Assembly: GCA_051747805.1 (NCBI GenBank)
Contig: JBNJGP010000025.1
Location: 1-32,771, forward strand
Length of the DNA: 32,771 bases
Direction of reading: 5' to 3'
From: Candidatus Muiribacteriota bacterium
Lineage (GTDB): Bacteria > Muiribacteriota > Muiribacteriia > Muiribacteriales > Muiribacteriaceae
The notes under the pieces were generated by a model. That model was given only the letters and a program-made list of their open reading frames with translations. It was not told the origin of the DNA and did no database searches. Shown piece after piece: positions 14,108-24,035 of this stretch. The translations under genes and the position numbers were made by a program. Position 1 is the first letter of the stretch, and each line of letters opens with the position of its first letter.

Positions 14108-14200
14108 TGGCGGAGAGGGAGGGATTCGAACCCTCGAAACGAGTGTCCCCGTTTACACGCTTTCCAGGCGTGCTCCTTCAGCCAACTCGGACACCTCTCC
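14108..14200 (-). tRNA. tRNA-Ser(GGA)
   Basis: CACGC-CT-GGA-AA-GCGTG anticodon arm, long variable arm, encoded CCA. Confidence 0.95.
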
Positions 14201-14246
14201 GTATATTTATAATAATATTTTTTGGTTACCCAAAAAAATTTTATTC

Positions 14247-14323
14247 TGGTACGCCTGAGTGGAGTCGAACCACCGACCTACGGATCCGCAATCCGGCGCT
14301 CTATCCAGCTGAGCTACAGGCGC
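14247..14323 (-). tRNA. tRNA-Arg(GCG)
   Basis: GCGCCTGTAGCTCAGCTGGATAGAGCG-CCGGA-TT-GCG-GA-TCCGT-AGGTCGGTGGTTCGACTCCACTCAGGCGTACCA; 77 nt, one mismatch at the top of the anticodon stem. Confidence 0.92.
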
Positions 14324-14344
14324 ATCATTATCTGGAATTACAGG

Positions 14345-14439
14345 TGGCGGAGAGAGAGGGATTCGAACCCTCGATACGAATTTTGGTCCGTATACTCGCT
14401 TAGCAGGCGAGCGCCTTCAGCCAGCTCGGCCATCTCTCC
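14345..14439 (-). tRNA. tRNA-Ser(GCT)
   Basis: CTCGC-CT-GCT-AA-GCGAG anticodon arm, long variable arm, encoded CCA. Confidence 0.95.
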
Positions 14440-14473
14440 ATAGTACCAGTAAAACAAAATAATATAGTGTAAA

Positions 14474-14563
14474 TGGCGGAGAGACAGGGATTCGAACCCT
14501 GACTGCGCTTACGCGCGTACCGGATTTCAAGTCCGGCTCCTTAGCCAGTTCGGACATCTCTCC
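14474..14563 (-). tRNA. tRNA-Ser(TGA)
   Basis: CCGGA-CT-TGA-AA-TCCGG anticodon arm, long variable arm, encoded CCA. Confidence 0.95.
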
Positions 14564-14578
14564 GTTAAAACGATATAA

Positions 14579-14607
14579 ATTATAATATTCTGTATGCTGT
14601 TTGTCAA
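14579..14607 (-). promoter_or_regulatory. Consensus sigma70/sigmaA promoter of the tRNA-SRP-dnaX operon
   Basis: Minus strand TTGACA (14607-14602), 17 nt, TATAAT (14584-14579), 15 nt upstream of the first tRNA. Confidence 0.88.
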
Positions 14608-16898
14608 GATTTACATTCTTTATTTTTACAATAAGTTTTTTCAGCCTTCATAGACTTTTTAAACTTGGTTTTTCCACACTTTTTACATTTTTCTTCTGTC
14701 GGAACATCAAAAGAGGCGAACTTACATTTTGGATAATTAGAACAGGAATAAAAACGTTTTCCTCTTTTGGATTTTTTAATAACAACTTTGCCTCCGCATC
14801 CATCTGGACAATCAACTCCTATATCCTCTAATATCGGCTTTGTATTTTTGCATTTTGGATATCCGGAACAGGCTTTGAATTTACCAAACCTTCCGCTTTT
14901 AATAACCATTTTTGAGCCGCATTTTTCACATTCTTCATCTGTTTCTATTGACTGTTTAGCTTTTTCTGCCTCTTTTTTAAACTCCTCTTTTCTATCAGAT
15001 AGTTTTAATTTTGTTTCCTTTTGATAATCTGCGGGAATCAGTTTTTCATCGGGAGGCAGCGACATGGTATTTTTACAGTCAGGATACTTTGGGCAGGCTA
15101 AAAATGCCTGCTTTCCATGAAACTTCAAGGTCATATTTGATTTACATTTTTCGCATTTAATATCTGTTTCTATAGCTGTTTTTGCAACTTTATCCTTTGC
15201 TTTTTCCAGCTCTTTTTCAAAATCAAAGAAAAAATCCTTTATAACTTTCTGATATTTCTGTTTTCCTGATTCAATTAAATCAAGATTCTCTTCCATTCCT
15301 GCGGTAAATTTTATATTGATAATTTTTTTAAAAGTGCTACTTATTATATGATTAACAACAATTCCCAGATTTGTCGGGAAAAGCTGTTTTTTTATTCTGT
15401 TTACATACTTTCTTTCAACAATTGTGTTTACAATTGTAGCATAGGTTGATGGACGTCCTATCCCTTCTTTTTCAAGTTTTCTTATAAGTGAGGCTTCAGA
15501 ATATCTTGCGGGAGGCTGGGTGAATTTTGACTCCCATTTCACTTTCTCAAGCTCAGTTTTATCACCTTTTTTAATTTTTATAAGTTCTTTCTGTTTAATT
15601 GTATCATCTTCTTTTTTATATATAATCTGATACCCGGGAAAATCAATTTTTTCATATTTTACGTTAAATACAAAATCACCGTCCCATATATAAATATCTT
15701 CAACATCATAAATCGCGGGTTTCATAAGAGAGGCAATAAATCTATTCCATATAAGCTTATATAACTTCTTTTCATCTGGTTTTAAAAATGATTCAATTTC
15801 TTCGGGAGAAAATTTGGTTTGAACATAAGCGGGCCTGATAGCCTCATGGGCGTCCTGCACAGTTTTTTTATTTTTAGCTGTTTTTTTTACTTTTGGACCT
15901 CCATAAAATTCCTTACCATAATTTGACTCAATAAATTTTTTACCCATTGAAATCCCTTCAGAAGAAATACGGGTTGAATCAGTTCTCATATAAGTTATTA
16001 AACCATAATTTTCGCCTTTTATTGACTTACCCTCGTATAAAGACTGTGCAACCATCATTGTTTTTTTGGCCGAAAAACCTATGATGCGGGAAGCCTCCTG
16101 CTGAAGTGTTGACGTTATAAACGGTTTAGGCGAAGACACTCTTTTCTTTTTATTTTTGACATCTTTTATTTCAAACTTATTTTTTGAGGCCTCAATTTTC
16201 TTTTTAAATTCTTCTGCCTTTTCTTTATTTAAATCAATTTTAGGAAGTTTTACATTATCAACCTCTATAAGTTTTGTGTCTTTCAGTTTTATTTTTTCTG
16301 CATTAAAATCTGCTGTAAAAATAAAATATTCTTCAGGCTCGAATTTTTCAATTTCCTTTTCGCGCTCTACTACAAGTAAAAGTGCAACTGACTGAACACG
16401 TCCGGCAGATAATCCTCTATCAACCTTTCTCCACAAGAAAGGGGAAAGTTTATATCCAACTATTCTATCAAGTATTCTCCTAGACTGCTGGGCGTCCACT
16501 TTATTTTTATCAAGATAGGACGGGTTTTCTATTCCGCGGTTTACCTCAGAAGGGGTTATTGCATTAAATACTACCCGGCATTTATCTTTTTCAGACCCTC
16601 CGAGTATTTTCAGCAAATGCCATGCAATTGCCTCCCCCTCTCTATCAGGGTCAGGAGCATATAATATATCATAGCCTTTATTGCTGAATTTTGTAAGTTC
16701 CTCTACAACTTTCTTTTTATCGGGCATTATCTGATATTCAGCCTCAAAATTCTTTTTATCAATTTTTATGCCGAATTTTTTTTTTGGCAAATCTCTTATA
16801 TGGCCCTTAGATGCTTTAACCACATAATCTTTACCTAAAATTTTTTCAAGCGTTTTTATTTTTCCAGGAGATTCCACTATCAACAATTTTTTTGGCAT
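14604..16898 (-). CDS. topA: DNA topoisomerase I
   Basis: LIVESPGK, SKGHIRDL, DPDREGEAIAWH, SAGRVQS, catalytic ITYMRTDS, GIGRPSTYA, four C-terminal Cys4 ribbons. Confidence 0.97.
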   Translation of the reverse strand: MPKKLLIVESPGKIKTLEKILGKDYVVKASKGHIRDLPKKKFGIKIDKKNFEAEYQIMPDKKKVVEELTKFSNKGYDILYAPDPDREGEAIAWHLLKILGGSEKDKCRVVFNAITPSEVNRGIENPSYLDKNKVDAQQSRRILDRIVGYKLSPFLWRKVDRGLSAGRVQSVALLLVVEREKEIEKFEPEEYFIFTADFNAEKIKLKDTKLIEVDNVKLPKIDLNKEKAEEFKKKIEASKNKFEIKDVKNKKKRVSSPKPFITSTLQQEASRIIGFSAKKTMMVAQSLYEGKSIKGENYGLITYMRTDSTRISSEGISMGKKFIESNYGKEFYGGPKVKKTAKNKKTVQDAHEAIRPAYVQTKFSPEEIESFLKPDEKKLYKLIWNRFIASLMKPAIYDVEDIYIWDGDFVFNVKYEKIDFPGYQIIYKKEDDTIKQKELIKIKKGDKTELEKVKWESKFTQPPARYSEASLIRKLEKEGIGRPSTYATIVNTIVERKYVNRIKKQLFPTNLGIVVNHIISSTFKKIINIKFTAGMEENLDLIESGKQKYQKVIKDFFFDFEKELEKAKDKVAKTAIETDIKCEKCKSNMTLKFHGKQAFLACPKYPDCKNTMSLPPDEKLIPADYQKETKLKLSDRKEEFKKEAEKAKQSIETDEECEKCGSKMVIKSGRFGKFKACSGYPKCKNTKPILEDIGVDCPDGCGGKVVIKKSKRGKRFYSCSNYPKCKFASFDVPTEEKCKKCGKTKFKKSMKAEKTYCKNKECKS

Positions 16899-16932
16899 AT
16901 GCTAAACCCCGTATTTAATTTTTGTTTTTTTA

Positions 16933-16961
16933 AAGGTAAAATAGAAAATTAATATTGTCAA
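16933..16961 (-). promoter_or_regulatory. Possible topA promoter
   Basis: Minus strand TTGACA, 17 nt, TACCTT in the dprA-topA gap; the -10 is weak. Confidence 0.4.
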
Positions 16962-16986
16962 ACTTAAAAAAACATATTTTTAAAAT

Positions 16987-18081
16987 TTATAACCGTATAT
17001 ACTTTGAGCCACTTATTTTTTTTATATATCCTTTAAGTTCTAACTTGGTTAGAATCCGGGCTGTTTTACTTACCTTAAACCGTGTAATTTCACAAAGTTC
17101 GTCAAACAAAACTGGTTCATAACCAATATTTTGAATTATTTCTTCTTCATCCTTAAGGAGAACCGGTTTTTTTTCTTCCTCAAGTTCCAGCTTCTGCTGT
17201 TTTTGATTTAAATATTTATTTTCTTCATATGCCCCATAATATTCTGCAACTTCTTCAAATGAACTTACTGGAATTGCTCCCTGCCTTATAAGATGATTAG
17301 ACCCTTTTGATAAATTTTCATATACGTTACCGGGAAGTGCAAAAACATCTCTATTATAATCAAGAGCAAAATTCGCGGTAGAAAGAGAACCGCTTTTAAG
17401 AGTGGCCCTTACTATTATTACACCTTTAGATAAGCCGGCAATTATTCTATTTCTTGCAAGAAACATAGAACCACCCACATAATAATCTGTGGGAAATTCT
17501 GAAATTATCAATCCTTTTTTCTCAATATTATCATAAAGCTTTTTATTTCTTTTTGGAAAAATACCATCGGCCGCCAGTACCGCAATAGTTGAGCCGTTTT
17601 CTTCTTTAAGCGCTCCCTCATGTGCAAACCCGTCTATTCCATAGGCAAGTCCGCTTACAACACAGAAATCATTTCCGGCAAGGTTTTGTGAAAGTTCCAG
17701 ACTGGCTTTCTTACCATATAAATCTGTTTTTCTGGCACCCACAACGGCTATTTTCATTCTTTTACTTAGCAATTCCGGGTTTCCCCGGCAGTAAAGTATT
17801 ACAGGAGCATCACAAATATTTTTTAATTCCTCCGGATATAGTTTATCCTCTACGGTAAGAACCTTTAGAGAGCCTGTTTTAACTTCAGAAATTATATTTT
17901 CTATTTGTTTTTCATTCTCTTCAATTGTATTAAATAATCCAGCGGTTTGATTTGAACCAAAACAGAAGTTCAGACTAGTTTTTTTCAAAAGAGAAGTTCT
18001 ATTATTTTTAAAATATGCTAATTTTTTTAAAAAATCGCCAGTAAAATATGAAAAACAAATTAAATCTTTGAGATTATTCAT
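16987..18081 (-). CDS. dprA: DNA-processing protein DprA/Smf
   Basis: YPEELKNICDAP, AVVGAR, VSGLAYGIDG..H, ISEFP, RNRIIAGLS, SGSLSTA, C-terminal winged helix. ATG at 18081 (overlapping the upstream stop) preferred to GTG at 18096. Confidence 0.95.
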   Translation of the reverse strand: MNNLKDLICFSYFTGDFLKKLAYFKNNRTSLLKKTSLNFCFGSNQTAGLFNTIEENEKQIENIISEVKTGSLKVLTVEDKLYPEELKNICDAPVILYCRGNPELLSKRMKIAVVGARKTDLYGKKASLELSQNLAGNDFCVVSGLAYGIDGFAHEGALKEENGSTIAVLAADGIFPKRNKKLYDNIEKKGLIISEFPTDYYVGGSMFLARNRIIAGLSKGVIIVRATLKSGSLSTANFALDYNRDVFALPGNVYENLSKGSNHLIRQGAIPVSSFEEVAEYYGAYEENKYLNQKQQKLELEEEKKPVLLKDEEEIIQNIGYEPVLFDELCEITRFKVSKTARILTKLELKGYIKKISGSKYIRL

Positions 18082-19591
18082 TAAAATCTGGTGCAAGTCT
18101 TCTTGCCTCTTCTTCCCCTTTTATATTTTTTAATGAGCGGAAAGAATATTTTCTAACCCATTCATTTCCGTCTTTTGTAGAAGCCACAAGCTGATTAACA
18201 GCCTCGTCAATTTTTAATTCTCCAACTACAAAAGCGGCTGATATTTTTTGAGTATCATTTCCCTCTTTAAGAAGGTTAATAATAAATGGTTTTAAACGCA
18301 TAATATTTTTTTTAATTATATTTAAAATTATCTGTCCGCTTCCTGAAACACTTGTTCCTAATATTTCCATAAGCGAGCTGAAGTTTTCAGTTCTCATATT
18401 TTCTATTATATCTACGCCAACTTCCCGCTCAAAAAAGTCGGTACTTCTTAACATATCTGTATATAGATTCATTGCATTTGAGGGAGCAGTATGTGCAATT
18501 ACATATTTAAGCATCTTTCTAAGCTCATCTTCCTCGGAAAAATTATATACCTCATTAATAATTGTCTGATTAATTTCTTCATTGGAGATAAACCCAGCTA
18601 AAATAACAGCTTTAACATTTTTATCTTCCACCTCGTAAAGTTTTTTATAATATAAGGCTGAAGCCTGTTCGCCAAATGCAGAAAGTGCCTTTGCAATTTC
18701 CAGTTTTGTTCCAACTGAAACAGAGGATATAAGTTCAATCAGTCTCTCTACATTCTCTTCTGTATAATCAATATTACTGGCGATATTTTGAACCAGATAC
18801 TCTTTATCAGGATTTAGCTTTTTTAAAACATCGGAGAGAACACTCTGACCACGTTGACCAAATTTTGCAAGCACTTCAGGAATATATTTCATATAATTTC
18901 TGCTTATATCATTTTTTAAAAGCTCTCCTCCTAAAAACTCTGAAATTGATTCGCCTATTACAAATAAGCCATCGGCTGCAGCATCTGAAATCGAGGAATT
19001 ATAATTATTTAAATACTTAAGAAGCTCAAAAACATTTTCTTTTGTTCTTATTGTTCCCATAACTTCTAAAACCGCCCCTGAAAGGTCCGGATTTTCGTTA
19101 TCAATTAAAGAATAAAGAAGGTCTGCTTTAACATTTTCGATTCTTTTTAAAGTTTCTTTCAGATAGTATAATTTCTGTCCCTTTGCCTCTTTAAGCATAT
19201 CAATTAAGGGTTTGAATTTATTTATCGCTTTTAAAGAAAGCATTGCCTTCTGGCATAGTACAAAATCGTTTCTGTCAAAAAGTGAAACAAGATGATTTAT
19301 AATTTTTTCATTTCCTGATTTTCCTAACGCAACAGATATTAAAAATTTTAAATCTTCATTCTTTTCAGATTGAAAAGCATCAATTAAAAGCTGGCAATAC
19401 TGCTGATCGGGGTTTAAAATAAATATTTCCATAACATTCTGCTTGAAACCATATTCACTGCTTTGAATATAATAATCTATAAGCTGTTTAGCATTTGTTG
19501 TTGACAGGATTTTAATTATTTCTTTCTGTCCCCGTCTGACAACATTAAAGTCTGAGCTTTTTAAATCCTCTATTAATTCACCAATAGTCAT
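18074..19591 (-). CDS. HEAT/PBS-lyase-like repeat protein
   Basis: Recurrent helical units such as ISVALGKSG, AAADGLFVIG, EIAKALSAFG, SAAFVVGELK and KDGNEWVRKYSFRSL. Confidence 0.75.
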   Translation of the reverse strand: MTIGELIEDLKSSDFNVVRRGQKEIIKILSTTNAKQLIDYYIQSSEYGFKQNVMEIFILNPDQQYCQLLIDAFQSEKNEDLKFLISVALGKSGNEKIINHLVSLFDRNDFVLCQKAMLSLKAINKFKPLIDMLKEAKGQKLYYLKETLKRIENVKADLLYSLIDNENPDLSGAVLEVMGTIRTKENVFELLKYLNNYNSSISDAAADGLFVIGESISEFLGGELLKNDISRNYMKYIPEVLAKFGQRGQSVLSDVLKKLNPDKEYLVQNIASNIDYTEENVERLIELISSVSVGTKLEIAKALSAFGEQASALYYKKLYEVEDKNVKAVILAGFISNEEINQTIINEVYNFSEEDELRKMLKYVIAHTAPSNAMNLYTDMLRSTDFFEREVGVDIIENMRTENFSSLMEILGTSVSGSGQIILNIIKKNIMRLKPFIINLLKEGNDTQKISAAFVVGELKIDEAVNQLVASTKDGNEWVRKYSFRSLKNIKGEEEARRLAPDFNE

Positions 19592-20532
19592 TATTCCTCC
19601 CCGTCTTCTTTTCTTAAAATAATTGTAACCTCTACTTCATCTTCAGATATTAAAATATAATCAGAGTTTTCTTCTATTCTTACTCTTTTTGTTAAACTAC
19701 TTTCTATACCCGAAATATTCACAGGTTCAGTTTTTACAGCCTCTATATTTTTTAATAAATCTGGATGAGCTTTAATATCTGCCGCAGAAGGTTTTACATC
19801 AATGCCATAAACAACATTTCCAGATGCAGGTTCCCCTTCTAATACAGGATTAATCAACTTTTTTTCACTCGGATATTCATTTATTTTAAATAATAGTTCT
19901 ATTCTGTCAGGTTCAGTTTTAACATTATCTATAACAGTGTAATCAGAGGATAAAATATTGACTTCCTCATTTATAGAGTGTTCTCCTCTTGATAAACGCA
20001 TTAAATCAAAATTAACTCTTGCCATATAACATTTTTTAACATCCTCAACATTTCCTGAAACCTCAACAGTTTCGGGCTTATTGTTTAAAATTTCATAATA
20101 ATAGCCCTGGCGATTAATTATCTGATAATCAATATCTAAAACTGTTTCATATATCTGTCTTATATTCAGCTCCAGGCCGGAAGGGTTAATACCAACTATT
20201 TCAAACTCGTCGGAGTTTGATATTTCAACTGGAATATTTCTAACACCGGGTTCATCTATATTTGACATGTCAACAAAAGCCTTTATAGAGTCGGCAAAAG
20301 AAATAATATCCCGCCTTCTTCCTCTTATACTTAAGTTTACAGTTTGAGGTTTATCTTTTATAATAAGTCTTTCATTTAAATTATTAATATTAACAGGAAC
20401 TTCTTTTTTTCTTACAACATATGGATCTGTTATTGTAATCACATATACCCACAGAAAAAAAGCAATTATTAATGATATAAGCTTTAATCCTATGTTTTTT
20501 GTAAGAACTTCTTTTGTAACATCAAAAGACAT
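19591..20532 (-). CDS. cdaR: CdaA regulator CdaR (YbbR-domain protein)
   Basis: N-terminal TM KLISLIIAFFLWVYV followed by beta-rich YbbR-like repeats; 1-bp overlap with cdaA. Confidence 0.88.
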   Translation of the reverse strand: MSFDVTKEVLTKNIGLKLISLIIAFFLWVYVITITDPYVVRKKEVPVNINNLNERLIIKDKPQTVNLSIRGRRRDIISFADSIKAFVDMSNIDEPGVRNIPVEISNSDEFEIVGINPSGLELNIRQIYETVLDIDYQIINRQGYYYEILNNKPETVEVSGNVEDVKKCYMARVNFDLMRLSRGEHSINEEVNILSSDYTVIDNVKTEPDRIELLFKINEYPSEKKLINPVLEGEPASGNVVYGIDVKPSAADIKAHPDLLKNIEAVKTEPVNISGIESSLTKRVRIEENSDYILISEDEVEVTIILRKEDGEE

Positions 20533-21299
20533 TATTTTTCATCCCCTATCAACTCTTTCTTTAAGAGTTTTTTAAGAATCATCTCATTTACCTCAATTAA
20601 ACTTCCTTCTTTTACAAAAGATATTGTCTGTCTTTCCTCTGATACAGTAATTACACATGCATCTGAAATTTCAGTAAGTCCAATTGCCGCACGATGTCTG
20701 GAACCATATTTTTTATCAAGTCTGCGGTCCTCAACAAGCGGAAAAAAACAGCTGGCAGCTTCAATAATATTTCCGTTTACAATTACAGCTCCATCATGAA
20801 GTGCAGATTTTTTTTGAAAAATAGTTAATACAAGTTCTTTTGAGAATATTGCCTGAATCTTAACACCTGAATCAATGTATTCTTTCAGACCTGTTTCCTT
20901 CTGAAGAACTATTAAACCGCCGAGCTTATTTTTAGCAAGCAGTTTAGCGCTTCCAACTATCATCTCTATTAATTTACTTTTTTCTTCAACATTAAGAATT
21001 TTTTTTCCAAATGCAGTTCGACGACCAATATTTTCAAAAACTTTTCTAAGCTCAGGCTGAAAAATGATTATAAAGCCTAAAATTCCTATCATTATAATAT
21101 TAGAAACTATCCATTTCAAAGTATTAAGCTCAAGTATTGTAGCAAGAACCGATGGAATAATTATATAAAGCATTCCCAAAAATATCTGAAATGCTCTTGT
21201 ACCTTTTATAAACAACAGAAAATAATATACAAAGAAAGCAACAAGAAAAATATCAACAAAATCATTCCACTGCAGATCGGTGAGCAAATCCAAAATCAT
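20532..21299 (-). CDS. cdaA: Diadenylate cyclase CdaA/DacA
   Basis: Three N-terminal TMs, IIFQPELR, LHDGA, GSRHRAA, VSEE. Confidence 0.96.
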   Translation of the reverse strand: MILDLLTDLQWNDFVDIFLVAFFVYYFLLFIKGTRAFQIFLGMLYIIIPSVLATILELNTLKWIVSNIIMIGILGFIIIFQPELRKVFENIGRRTAFGKKILNVEEKSKLIEMIVGSAKLLAKNKLGGLIVLQKETGLKEYIDSGVKIQAIFSKELVLTIFQKKSALHDGAVIVNGNIIEAASCFFPLVEDRRLDKKYGSRHRAAIGLTEISDACVITVSEERQTISFVKEGSLIEVNEMILKKLLKKELIGDEK

Positions 21300-21305
21300 T
21301 ATAAT

Positions 21306-22823
21306 TTAATCCATCCAAATAAATTCTTTTTCAAACTCTTTGAGCATATTATTTTCTACCAAATTGCGTAAAACAAAATAATTATTTAAAAAGTCATCAT
21401 TATCAGGCATTTCTTTAATTACTTTTCTAAAATATTCCAGCCCTTTGTCATATTCTTCAAGTTTTGTATAAAGAAATGCCTTATGAATCAATATTTCAGC
21501 ATCATCATAAGACTGAATTTTTTCTAAAATACCCCGTGCTTTGTCATATTCTCCCTTTTTATAAAGAATCCAGCCCCAGGTATCATAATATACGTTGTCT
21601 GGCTCTGAGGCATTTTCTATTACTTCGGTTATGAGTTCAAGCGCATAATCCAGCTCTTTATCAAGTATCGCAAGCAGATATGCTAGATTATTCATTGCAG
21701 GAAAATCTGCCGGTTCAAGCTTTATATATTTTTTTAAATATTTTTTTGCAATTTCTCTCTGATCTAAAACAAGATAGAAATCTGAGATATGTTTTAAAAC
21801 CTTCTTATTATCAGGCTCAACTGAATAGGCCTTTTCAAAAAACTTGCGCGCTTTATCAAAATCCCCGTTGGCAAAATAAGCATATGCAAGGGTATCCAGT
21901 ATATTTGCATCCCCTTTTCTCATTTCATAAGCATCTTTTGCAAGCTCAAGTCCTTCCTTTGTTTTATCGGTTCGGGTTATGTATAAAAACGCCAGATTAT
22001 TATAGGCATAGGGATCATTAGGGTCAACTTTTATTGTGTACTGATAAATTAATTCCTCAAGCCATACAGGCACTTCGGCAAAAGAAGTTTTATAAATTTC
22101 CATAATTGAAATAAATTTTTTTAAGGCAACAATTTTTAATACTGTATCATCCGAGGCAAAGTGAACCGCTTTCTGAAATTGTATAACGGCAAGTTTATGT
22201 GCAGAAGGATTATTTCTGGCCGTCTTTTTAAAAAAATTTCCTATTGCAAAACTGACTTTAGCATCCTGATGATCACTTTGAACAACATACTCAATATTTT
22301 CATAATAGTCTATTTCATAATCCTCCATAGCACTTGTGCGTGAATAAAAATACTGTATCATGCTTGAAATTATATATATCCAGGGATCATTTGAATGAAC
22401 TCTTTTTATAAGAGATATTTCTCTTAAAGAATCTATATAATACGTAAGTTTATTATCATCATTGAAATATAAATATAAAAAATTTGTGAAAGTAAATAAA
22501 AAGTCTGAATTAGCAAAAGCTTCGCCTTCAAGGTAACTTCTTGCAATATCTTCTTCAAGTATATCAAGAGCTTCCAGAGGAGTTTTTTCTGAATAAAAAA
22601 TATAATTGACTATTAACTCAGCCTGAACATCTATTTTTTCATTATTTTTTATAAGGGATGCAAAATCATCATAATCAAGCTCGTTTAATGAAAAACTGTA
22701 GGTAAATATGTTTATTCCAAAATCAAAAAACTCTTTCAGACGTGTTTTAGCTGATACATTAATAGAAAAAACAAAAATTAATATAAAGATATATAGATAA
22801 ACTTTTTTATTAAAATTTAACAT
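21306..22823 (-). CDS. Secreted TPR-repeat protein
   Basis: Signal-peptide-like N-terminus; TPR units AYNNLAFLY, ILDTLAYAYF, AMNNLAYLL, YYDTWGWILYKKGEYDKA. Confidence 0.82.
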   Translation of the reverse strand: MLNFNKKVYLYIFILIFVFSINVSAKTRLKEFFDFGINIFTYSFSLNELDYDDFASLIKNNEKIDVQAELIVNYIFYSEKTPLEALDILEEDIARSYLEGEAFANSDFLFTFTNFLYLYFNDDNKLTYYIDSLREISLIKRVHSNDPWIYIISSMIQYFYSRTSAMEDYEIDYYENIEYVVQSDHQDAKVSFAIGNFFKKTARNNPSAHKLAVIQFQKAVHFASDDTVLKIVALKKFISIMEIYKTSFAEVPVWLEELIYQYTIKVDPNDPYAYNNLAFLYITRTDKTKEGLELAKDAYEMRKGDANILDTLAYAYFANGDFDKARKFFEKAYSVEPDNKKVLKHISDFYLVLDQREIAKKYLKKYIKLEPADFPAMNNLAYLLAILDKELDYALELITEVIENASEPDNVYYDTWGWILYKKGEYDKARGILEKIQSYDDAEILIHKAFLYTKLEEYDKGLEYFRKVIKEMPDNDDFLNNYFVLRNLVENNMLKEFEKEFIWMD

Positions 22824-22898
22824 TTTATTCCAATCATTATTTTCTTATTTAACTTGAGTTTGACATATTTTTATCAAAAACATATATATAATACATCA

Positions 22899-24035
22899 TT
22901 ATTTTAACTTTGTGAAGTTTATTGACTTTATTATTCTTTCACAAGCCAGTCCATCCCCATAAGGATTATTTGCCTTCCCCATTGAATAATAAATTTGGGG
23001 ATTATCAAAAATATTACAGAAAGTTGATATAATCTTTTCTTTACTGGTTCCAACAAGTTTAACTGTTCCTGCCTCTACCGCCTCAGGCCTTTCGGTATGA
23101 CCTCTTGTTACAAGCACGGGTTTGCCAAAAGCCGGCGCTTCTTCCTGAATACCGCCGGAATCAGTTATAATTATATGAGATTTAAGCATTAAGTTAACAA
23201 AACTTAAATAATCCACAGGTGCAATTAAATGAAAGTTTGAAATATTATTTAACATTTTTTGAGCCATTTCTTTAACGTTGGGATTTAGATGAACAGGATA
23301 TAAAAAATTTATCTGCTGCATATATTTTTTTGCCAGCTCTGAATACGCATTAAAAACATTTTTAAACCCCTGCCCGAAATTCTCTCGCCTGTGTCCCGTA
23401 ATTAAGACAAGTTTTTTGTTAAATATATCACTATTTGTCTGTTTTATAACTTCCTTATCAAGTTTTTTTTCAAGTTTCTGCTTTTTTATAAAATTCTTTG
23501 CAATATTTAAAGCATCAATAATTGTGTTTCCTGTTACAAATATATTTTCAATTTTTTTATTTTCTTTAATTAAATTTTCTCTGGCCCTGTTTGTTGGAGC
23601 AAAATGAATATCTGAAATTACCCCGGTAACCTGTCTGTTAATCTCTTCCGGAAATGGTGAATATTTGTCGTTTGTTCTAAGACCGGCCTCAACATGCCCC
23701 ACCGGAATTTTAAGGTAATACGCGGCTATAGAGGCCGCCATAGTAGTTGAAGTGTCACCATGAACTAAAACTAAATCAGGTTTCTCCTTGTTAAAAACGT
23801 CTTTTAATGAGCTTAAAACGTTTACCGTAACATCAAAAATATCCTGACCAGGTTTCATAATATTTAAATCATAGTCAGGAGTTACATTGAAAATATTTAA
23901 AACCTGATCAAGCATCTCGCGATGTTGTGCTGTAACTATTACTTTATTTTCTATTTTTTTCTCATTCAACTTCAAAACCAGAGGCGCCATTTTAATAGCT
24001 TCTGGACGTGTCCCAAATACTGTAATTATTTTCAT
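22899..24035 (-). CDS. wecB: UDP-N-acetylglucosamine 2-epimerase (non-hydrolysing; WecB/MnaA)
   Basis: FGTRPEAIKMAP, HGDT, HVEAGLRT, PFPEEINR, HRRENFG, TDSGGIQEEAP, NPYGDG. Confidence 0.96.
   Translation of the reverse strand: MKIITVFGTRPEAIKMAPLVLKLNEKKIENKVIVTAQHREMLDQVLNIFNVTPDYDLNIMKPGQDIFDVTVNVLSSLKDVFNKEKPDLVLVHGDTSTTMAASIAAYYLKIPVGHVEAGLRTNDKYSPFPEEINRQVTGVISDIHFAPTNRARENLIKENKKIENIFVTGNTIIDALNIAKNFIKKQKLEKKLDKEVIKQTNSDIFNKKLVLITGHRRENFGQGFKNVFNAYSELAKKYMQQINFLYPVHLNPNVKEMAQKMLNNISNFHLIAPVDYLSFVNLMLKSHIIITDSGGIQEEAPAFGKPVLVTRGHTERPEAVEAGTVKLVGTSKEKIISTFCNIFDNPQIYYSMGKANNPYGDGLACERIIKSINFTKLK

Noticed and set aside
13766..14443. Plus-strand ORFs with repeated RRGRDSNPR/AEREGFEP peptides
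   Set aside because: These are antisense translations of tRNA T-arms and the SRP RNA.
14474..14563. Possible selenocysteine or suppressor tRNA
   Set aside because: The anticodon is TGA (reads UCA, Ser), not TCA; it has an ordinary 7-bp acceptor stem.
22860..22892. Plus-strand TTGACA...TATAAT antisense to wecB
   Set aside because: The spacing to TATAAT is 21 nt, and such matches are expected in very AT-rich DNA.
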